Part shown: one piece after another, positions 35,630 through 41,857 of the stretch
How the letters are laid out: every line of letters begins with the position of its first letter
How positions within the stretch are numbered: position 1 is the first letter of the stretch
Source: Minisyncoccota bacterium
GTDB lineage: Bacteria; Patescibacteriota; Minisyncoccia; Phycocordibacterales; JAACPR01
Direction of reading: 5' to 3'
DNA length: 43,681 nucleotides
NCBI GenBank assembly: GCA_018061745.1
Contig: JAGOTN010000002.1
Coordinates: 1 to 43,681, forward strand
Notes under the pieces: generated by a model
Told to the model about the DNA's origin: nothing
Database searches by the model: none
Seen by the model: the letters and a program-made list of their open reading frames with translations, nothing else
Position numbers and translations under genes: made by a program

Positions 35630-38380
35630 ATGGAAAAACTTGAAGCTCCGTTTTCATCACAAAAAGAGGAATTGGCCTTTTTAAAAGAAAGGATTGCAAA
35701 TATAGAACGCCAATTTCAATCTGAAACAAAAAAAGAAGCCGATACAGAAACCCAAAAAGAGATTATTAAGAACGAACTTTTAAATTACTCTTCATTGAAG
35801 CCGGAAGACGCTTTTGCTAAAGGAACTGTTATACCAGAAAGGATTCGTGATGAGATTGTACTTGAATTAAGACCAGAAGCTCACGACGAAAAGATGGCAG
35901 AACTTATAAGTATTGCGATGGAAAAAGGAATCCTAAATGCAATTGATATTGCTCAAAAACTTGAAGACGATCATGTGAACGACGATTTTCACAGATTTTT
36001 AATTGAATATTTAAGATCTGGTTATTCTGTAAATGGATTAAAAGAGTCTCTTCCTATATTTAATGAATTAAAAAGAACTCTTTTTAGTATTACAATTCCA
36101 GAGCGAGAAGATTCAGAAAACAAAGACGACGAGAAAAAATTGGTTTCTCAAATGCAGATTTTCTTTTCTGGAATGCTTTCTATTGTCGCTGGAAAAAATG
36201 ACGATGAGTATATGTCTGTAGAAATTGCCAACCCTATTGGAAGTCGTGAATTTGTTTTCTATATTTCTGTTCATGAAAAATATAATGCCCTTTTAGAAAA
36301 ACAAGTCCTTTCTGTTTTTCCAGATGCAATTGTCACAATTGAAAAAGATGATTTTAATATTTTTCCAAAAGAAGGAAGTGCTGCCGGTTCATACACTTCC
36401 CTAAAAAAATCTCCTGCACAACCAATAAAAACAATCGACGATTTTGACACAGATCCTCTTAATGTTCTTTTATCTACCCTTACCAAAATTGATGAAAAAA
36501 CAGAAGGTGCCTCAATTCAATTAATATTTAAACCTGTTGGAGATTTTTATAACAAAAATTATGCGAAAGGTTTGAAGAAATTAGAAAGTGGAAAAAAAGC
36601 TATTGAAGAGTTCCATGTTCAAAACACGACAAGTAGTGTCATTTTTAAAAACGTTGCCAATCTAGTTTATAAAGCAACAGAGAGTAAAAAAACAAATGAC
36701 AGTAAAGAAGACAAAATTGATTCAGATAAAATTTCTCAAGTTAAGAAAAAATTAGAAACTACAATTGTTTCTACAAATATTAGAGTTGTGACTTCAGCAA
36801 CCACTCCAACTCGCGCCGAAGATATTTTACGTGAAATAAAATCGGCATTCAATCAATTTGAAGATACCACAAGTAATAGATTTACATTTCACGATGTTGA
36901 AATAAAAGGTCGTAAGCAATTTTTTAATGATTTTATTTATCGGAGATTTTCATCAAGCCAAGACAATCCTTTAAACTTAAAAGAAATCGCAACCGTATTT
37001 CACCTGCCTCAAAAAGGTATTTCAAAAAACTCTCAGCTTAAAAAAAGTCGATTCACAAGTGCGCCTTCTCCTTTATCTATTCCAACAGAAGGTATCTATC
37101 TTGGATCAAACACTCACAGCAATATGAGTACCGAAATTTTTATGACACCTGAAGATCGACTACGACACATGTATGTAATCGGACAAACTGGTACTGGTAA
37201 GACAAGTTTCTTGAAACAAATGATTGTGCAAGACATTCAAAATGGCGAAGGAGTTTGTTTTATCGATCCACACGGAAGTGATATTCAAGACATCTTGGCG
37301 AACATTCCAAAAGAAAGATATGAAGATGTAATTTATTTTGATCCTGCAAATACAGAAAGACCAATGGCTCTAAACATGTTGGAGTACGATAGAAATTTCC
37401 CTGAACAAAAAACTTTTGTTGTGAACGAAATGCTTTCTATTTTTAATAAACTTTTTGACATGGCCACAGCTGGAGGTCCTATGTTTGAACAATATTTCCG
37501 TAATGCGACACTTTTGGTAATTGAAGATCCAGACACTGGCTCTACCCTTCTTGATGTTTCTAGAGTTCTTTCTGATAAAAGTTATCGTGAATTAAAACTT
37601 TCACATTGTAAAAATCCAGTTGTAGTTCAATTCTGGAGAGAGATTGCAGACAAAGCCGGCGGTGAAGCTTCTCTTCAAAACATTGTGCCGTATATCACAA
37701 GTAAGTTTGATACATTTTTAGCAAACGATATTATGCGACCAGTTATCGCTCAAGAACATTCGAGTTTTGATTTTAGAAAAGTGATGGATGAAAAGAAAAT
37801 TCTTTTGGTAAATCTTTCAAAAGGTCGTCTTGGTGATATCAACTCTCACTTGATCGGTTTGATTTTAGTTGGAAAAATTTTGATGGCTGCACTTTCTCGT
37901 GTGGATGCAAATGTAAAAACTTTAAGTCCTTTCTATCTATATATAGATGAGTTCCAAAACGTAACAACAGATTCTATCGCTACAATTTTATCTGAAGCTC
38001 GAAAATATAAACTCGGATTGAATCTTGCTCACCAATTCATCGCGCAACTTGATGACAAAATTAAAAATGCGGTTTTTGGAAACGTTGGAACAATGGCGGT
38101 ATTTCGAGTTGGTAATGATGACGCTCAATATCTAGAGAGTCAGTTTCTTCCAACATTCTCTTCTAATGACATTATGAATATTGAAAATCTTAACTGTTAT
38201 TTGAAAATGCTTTCACAAGGAACTCCACAAAAACCTTTCAATATAAATATTAAATTTGCTCCTCCAGGAAACCCTGACATTGTTGGAGATCTAAAACAAC
38301 TATCATTTATGAAGTACGGAAAGGATAAAAAAGAAGTAGAGAGATTTATAAATAGTAAATACCTAAAACCCGAGCTGTGA
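35630..38380 (+). CDS. Soluble type-IV-coupling-protein-like (VirD4/TraD, FtsK-HerA superfamily) ATPase with a ~500-aa N-terminal domain of unknown function
   Basis: Walker A GQTGTGKTSF, FIDPHGS, Walker B-like FYLYIDEFQNV, EARKYKLGLNLAHQFIAQL...NVGTMAVFRVG. No TM helix seen. Confidence 0.7.
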   Translation: MEKLEAPFSSQKEELAFLKERIANIERQFQSETKKEADTETQKEIIKNELLNYSSLKPEDAFAKGTVIPERIRDEIVLELRPEAHDEKMAELISIAMEKGILNAIDIAQKLEDDHVNDDFHRFLIEYLRSGYSVNGLKESLPIFNELKRTLFSITIPEREDSENKDDEKKLVSQMQIFFSGMLSIVAGKNDDEYMSVEIANPIGSREFVFYISVHEKYNALLEKQVLSVFPDAIVTIEKDDFNIFPKEGSAAGSYTSLKKSPAQPIKTIDDFDTDPLNVLLSTLTKIDEKTEGASIQLIFKPVGDFYNKNYAKGLKKLESGKKAIEEFHVQNTTSSVIFKNVANLVYKATESKKTNDSKEDKIDSDKISQVKKKLETTIVSTNIRVVTSATTPTRAEDILREIKSAFNQFEDTTSNRFTFHDVEIKGRKQFFNDFIYRRFSSSQDNPLNLKEIATVFHLPQKGISKNSQLKKSRFTSAPSPLSIPTEGIYLGSNTHSNMSTEIFMTPEDRLRHMYVIGQTGTGKTSFLKQMIVQDIQNGEGVCFIDPHGSDIQDILANIPKERYEDVIYFDPANTERPMALNMLEYDRNFPEQKTFVVNEMLSIFNKLFDMATAGGPMFEQYFRNATLLVIEDPDTGSTLLDVSRVLSDKSYRELKLSHCKNPVVVQFWREIADKAGGEASLQNIVPYITSKFDTFLANDIMRPVIAQEHSSFDFRKVMDEKKILLVNLSKGRLGDINSHLIGLILVGKILMAALSRVDANVKTLSPFYLYIDEFQNVTTDSIATILSEARKYKLGLNLAHQFIAQLDDKIKNAVFGNVGTMAVFRVGNDDAQYLESQFLPTFSSNDIMNIENLNCYLKMLSQGTPQKPFNINIKFAPPGNPDIVGDLKQLSFMKYGKDKKEVERFINSKYLKPEL

Positions 38381-38392
38381 TAAACTACGCAG

Positions 38393-40543
38393 ATGCGACT
38401 AGAAGATTCTGTAAAAGAGCAATTTAGATTAAGAGAACAACACGCAATTGCCCTGAAAAAAATGGGTATTTCTAGCATTCGCGATCTTCTTTACCATTTC
38501 CCCTCTCGATACGGTGACACTGCTTCAGCATCTTCTATTGATAGTTTAATCGTTGGAGAAAATGCCACAGTGTATGGAAAAATAAATAAACTCGAAACTG
38601 GAAAAACTTATAGCAGTAAAATGTCCAAAGCAACAGCGACAGTTTTTGATGAAACTGGAAGTGTAAAAGTAACTTGGTTTAGACAACCTTATCTTGCAAA
38701 AATGTTGCAGGACGGAAGTGTTGTAAAAGTTACAGGAAAAATTTCTGACTACAAAGGTAAATTAGTTTTCAATAATCCAAAAATTGAAGCCGTTTCAAAA
38801 CTTCCTCAATTGATCGGTAATTCACTTTTTGGAGATGCTGAGCACACTCTGTATCCTGTTTATCCTGAATCAAAAGGAATGACTTCAAATTGGATTTACC
38901 ATGCGATACAGAAAGTTTTTACCAGTGGGCTTATAGATGAACTAGTTGATCCTATTCCTCAAAAGATTTTAGATAAATATAATTTGCCATCAAAAAGAAC
39001 CGCTCTTGTTTGGATTCATGCTCCGAAAAAAGAAAACGATGCACTGTCTGCGAGAAAAAGATTTGCGTTTGAAGAAATATTTTTTATTCAATTGAAAAAT
39101 CAAATGGAAAGAGCGCGCCGGCAAGAAAAAAAATCATTCTTAATTGAACCAACAAAAAAAGAAGTCCAAAGTTTTATCGATCGATTTCCTTTTGAGTTAA
39201 CAAGTTCACAAAGTAGTTCAATAGAAAAAATCCTCGAAGATTTTAAATCTAATAAGCCAATGTCGCGGCTGCTTGAGGGTGATGTTGGCTCCGGCAAAAC
39301 TGCTGTCGCAGCCGCGACCATCTACGCCACCACAATCACTCGTCCACACAAAGACCAAGACTTCGGCAATCTTCAAACTGCATACATGGTGCCAACAGAA
39401 ATTTTAGCTAAACAACATTTTGAAAATTTCATTGAATATTTTAAACACATGCCAATTTCAGTTGCGCTTATAACTGGAAGTGGTTGTTTCAAATTTCCTT
39501 CTAAAGTGAAAAGTGAAAAATACACAAACATTTCTCGTCCACAGTTATTAAAATGGGTTGCAAACGGAGAAATTCCAATTTTGATTGGGACACATGCACT
39601 TATACAAAAAACAGTTCAATTTAAAAATTTAGGTTACATCGTCATCGATGAGCAACACCGTTTTGGTACAGCACAAAGACAAAAACTTGCTCGAAAGGAC
39701 GATTTCGCTCCACACCTTCTTTCAATGACCGCGACTCCAATCCCCCGCACACTTGCTCTGACAATTTACGGCGATTTAGATTTAACACTTCTTGATCAAA
39801 TGCCTTCAGGAAGAAAACCGATCATCACAGAATTAGTTTTGCCAGACGGACGAAAAGAAGTTTATGAAAAAATTCGTACAGAATTAAAATCTGGGAGACA
39901 AGCTTATGTTATTTGTCCAAGAATAAATGAACCAGACCCTGCAAAAGAAACTGCATTAAATACAAAATCCGTTAAAGCAGAAGCCGAACGATTAAAAAAA
40001 GAAATTTTCAAAGAATACACAATCGATATTTTGCATTCAAAAATGAAGCCAACAGAAAAAGATGCCGTGATGAAAAAATTTGAAAGTGGAGAAACAAAAA
40101 TTTTAGTTGCGACATCAGTAGTGGAAGTGGGTGTGAATGTGCCGAATGCTACATCAATTATTATCGAAGGTGCCGAAAGATTTGGTTTGGCACAACTTCA
40201 CCAACTCCGTGGTCGTGTGATTCGAAGTAATAATCAAGCGTACGCGTATCTTTTTGCTGATACAAAATCAGATAAATCAATTGAGAGATTAAAAGCTTTG
40301 CAAAGTTCAAAGAGTGGTTTTGAACTTGCTGAATTTGATCTACAATTTCGAGGCGCTGGAGATTTGTATGGAAGAAAACAATGGGGCTTAACAGATCTAG
40401 GAATGGAAGCAATCAAAAATATTAAAATGGTTGAAGCTGCTCGAAACGAATCTGCAGAAATAATTAAGAAAGATCCAGAATTAAAAAAACACAAAGACAT
40501 TGCAATTGAACTTTCAACTCGCCCAGAGGTGCATTTTGAGTAA
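38393..40543 (+). CDS. recG: ATP-dependent DNA helicase RecG
   Basis: OB wedge region, GDVGSGKTAVAA, DEQHRFG, QLHQLRGRV. Confidence 0.95.
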   Translation: MRLEDSVKEQFRLREQHAIALKKMGISSIRDLLYHFPSRYGDTASASSIDSLIVGENATVYGKINKLETGKTYSSKMSKATATVFDETGSVKVTWFRQPYLAKMLQDGSVVKVTGKISDYKGKLVFNNPKIEAVSKLPQLIGNSLFGDAEHTLYPVYPESKGMTSNWIYHAIQKVFTSGLIDELVDPIPQKILDKYNLPSKRTALVWIHAPKKENDALSARKRFAFEEIFFIQLKNQMERARRQEKKSFLIEPTKKEVQSFIDRFPFELTSSQSSSIEKILEDFKSNKPMSRLLEGDVGSGKTAVAAATIYATTITRPHKDQDFGNLQTAYMVPTEILAKQHFENFIEYFKHMPISVALITGSGCFKFPSKVKSEKYTNISRPQLLKWVANGEIPILIGTHALIQKTVQFKNLGYIVIDEQHRFGTAQRQKLARKDDFAPHLLSMTATPIPRTLALTIYGDLDLTLLDQMPSGRKPIITELVLPDGRKEVYEKIRTELKSGRQAYVICPRINEPDPAKETALNTKSVKAEAERLKKEIFKEYTIDILHSKMKPTEKDAVMKKFESGETKILVATSVVEVGVNVPNATSIIIEGAERFGLAQLHQLRGRVIRSNNQAYAYLFADTKSDKSIERLKALQSSKSGFELAEFDLQFRGAGDLYGRKQWGLTDLGMEAIKNIKMVEAARNESAEIIKKDPELKKHKDIAIELSTRPEVHFE

Positions 40544-40554
40544 ATTTCAAAAAG

Positions 40555-40582
40555 TTGCGTTTTAAAAAGAAAAAGGTAATAT
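40555..40582 (+). promoter_or_regulatory. Sigma-70-like promoter candidate (TTGCGT, 16-nt spacer, TAATAT) in front of the G+C-rich non-coding island
   Basis: TTGCGT at 40555-40560 and TAATAT at 40577-40582. The predicted start near 40588-40590 coincides with the composition jump. Confidence 0.3.
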
Positions 40583-40587
40583 TGCCG

Positions 40588-40908
40588 ACGGATAGTTTTT
40601 GAGTAACTGAAGAAGATTAGGGGTCAAGTGGCGGGTGTGCACATATTCAGCCGTGACTGTGATTTTGGGTAAAATATGTACGCGTGAAAGTTTCGAAGCT
40701 CTCCAGGCGTTTACATACCAGAAAAAACCTCTTTGAGAATGGAGAAGCCCGAGAGGAAGGTCCAATGTCCCTGTGACAGCAATTTGTTGTTGTGGAGATG
40801 GCGCGATACAGTCAGCGATGAGTTCTCTTCCAGGTCGACCAAAAACAATTCAGGTCTCGGTGTCCGCAAAGCAGTCCCCAACACTGCACGGGCATCGAGG
40901 CTGTTTTT
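40588..40908 (+). ncRNA. Unassigned structured RNA or long 5' leader (~320 nt, ~50% G+C), family not identified
   Basis: No credible ORF in six frames. 141 of 280 nt are G+C in 40621-40900 by hand count. Local hairpins ACAGCAA-TTTG-TTGTTGT (40775-40792, contains a G-U pair valid only on the + strand) and GCAGT-CCCCAAC-ACTGC (40871-40887). T-run at 40904-40908. Confidence 0.45.
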
Positions 40909-40961
40909 ATTTTACAAATCCACATAATTCTGCTAATTTTCATATTGAGAAGCCCTTCAAA

Positions 40962-41429
40962 ATGAAAAAAATACCATTAAAAAAACTACTAACGTTAGAA
41001 CACTTGATCCTTGAAGCATTCACTTCGATGTATCAAAAAAGAACTCCTTTCAATGGAAGGAATTTGTTATCCCTCGGAAACCTTATAGCTATTTATATTT
41101 GTTTCCACAAAAATCCTGAAAGAGCAACAATAGACAGGAATGTTGACTCACAAACAACAATTACGTCCATTTGTAATGTTCTTTTTCAAAAGCACCTTAT
41201 TTTTCAAGAACATCCTCAAACAGAAGAGATGAGTTTGAAGATGCGCTTGAAGCTGGATAATGCTTTCAGGAAGCATTGTAATAATGAAAACTTTGAATTC
41301 GAAGATGGATTTGAGGAAATCCAAAGCATGACTTATCTGAGCGAGTTAACAACAAAAAGAACCATTCCCATAGGAAGAAGTGTTCCTGTACTGCTTCCTA
41401 AAGGAAGTTTTTTCTACAGAAAACCATGA
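40962..41429 (+). CDS. Hypothetical 155-aa protein, possibly winged-helix DNA-binding
   Basis: Internal ATG (MKKIPLKKLL...) of track ORF 40773-41429. A strong terminator lies directly downstream. Confidence 0.5.
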   Translation: MKKIPLKKLLTLEHLILEAFTSMYQKRTPFNGRNLLSLGNLIAIYICFHKNPERATIDRNVDSQTTITSICNVLFQKHLIFQEHPQTEEMSLKMRLKLDNAFRKHCNNENFEFEDGFEEIQSMTYLSELTTKRTIPIGRSVPVLLPKGSFFYRKP

Positions 41430-41440
41430 CTTATTCAATC

Positions 41441-41474
41441 GCGCGCCACTCCGTGGCGCGCTTTTTTCTTTTTT
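41441..41474 (+). terminator. Strong rho-independent terminator
   Basis: GCGCGCCAC 41441-41449, 3-nt loop, GTGGCGCGC 41453-41461, then TTTTTTCTTTTTT. Confidence 0.85.
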
Positions 41475-41508
41475 AAAAAAGTGATAATCTGAAAAGGAAG
41501 GAGAAATT

Positions 41509-41709
41509 ATGAGTATCGAAGGAAAAAGCTTCAGAAAAATTGCCAAAGCACAAAAACCCCAAAAACCATTAGTTCCAGGAATAAGAGAGATCCCAGAAAG
41601 AAAACTAACCTCAGAAAACCAAAAACCTAACATTCCAGAGGACTCGGAATTCCTCAAACACAACACAGACGGACACTGCATATGTCTCGAATGTGCTGCA
41701 GATCTTTAA
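41509..41709 (+). CDS. Small (66-aa) Lys/Pro-rich protein ending in an HCICLEC metal-knuckle-like motif, function unknown
   Basis: Best Shine-Dalgarno in the window (GGAAGGAGAAATT-ATG) and its own downstream terminator. Confidence 0.55.
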   Translation: MSIEGKSFRKIAKAQKPQKPLVPGIREIPERKLTSENQKPNIPEDSEFLKHNTDGHCICLECAADL

Positions 41710-41735
41710 AAAAGCAAATCAATCAACCCTTATCC

Positions 41736-41768
41736 ACCGCTGAATTAAGTAAGCGGTATTTTCTTTTG
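41736..41768 (+). terminator. Rho-independent terminator candidate
   Basis: ACCGCT 41736-41741, 10-nt loop, AGCGGT 41752-41757, then ATTTTCTTTTG. Confidence 0.5.
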
Positions 41769-41841
41769 TGCGCCCACTAGGACTCGAACCTAGGACCACA
41801 GAGGTATAAGCTCTGCGCTCTACCAACTGAGCTATAGGCGC
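41769..41841 (-). tRNA. tRNA with anticodon UAU (reads AUA; tRNA-Ile by anticodon)
   Basis: Minus strand reads GCGCCTA-TA-GCTC-AGTTGGTA-GAGC-G-CAGAG-CTTATAC-CTCTG-TGGTC-CTAGG-TTCGAGT-CCTAG-TGGGCGC-A, a perfect cloverleaf of 73 nt with no encoded CCA. Confidence 0.9.
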
Positions 41842-41857
41842 ATTTTTATTTTCGACT

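Noticed and set aside
40588-40908. RNase P RNA (rnpB) call based on GAGAGGAAGGTCC resembling the CR-I/P4 5' strand
   Set aside because: I cannot find a complementary P4 3' strand (ACAGAA...AUUGGCCU-type) anywhere downstream. Only ~150 nt follow the motif before the T-run, whereas ~290 nt are expected. A GUGAAAG-like element lies on the wrong side of it. The region is kept as an unclassified RNA, and an Rfam scan is needed.
40588-40908. tmRNA, SRP RNA or hammerhead ribozyme
   Set aside because: There is no tRNA-like T-arm or ACCA-proximal acceptor pairing on either strand. There is no GGAA-tetraloop/AGCA domain IV signature. GCGATGAG at 40814-40821 lacks the CUGAUGA core.
40773-40961. N-terminal 63-codon extension of the 155-aa ORF (track ORF 40773-41429)
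   Set aside because: Its translation (MTAICCCGDGAIQSAMSSLPGRPKT...) is Cys/Gly/Ser/Arg-rich and not protein-like. It coincides with the G+C-rich RNA island. The internal ATG at 40962 gives a normal-looking protein.
41346-41681. 111-aa minus-strand ORF
   Set aside because: It runs through the strong terminator at 41441-41474 and lies antisense to the SD-equipped 66-aa gene.
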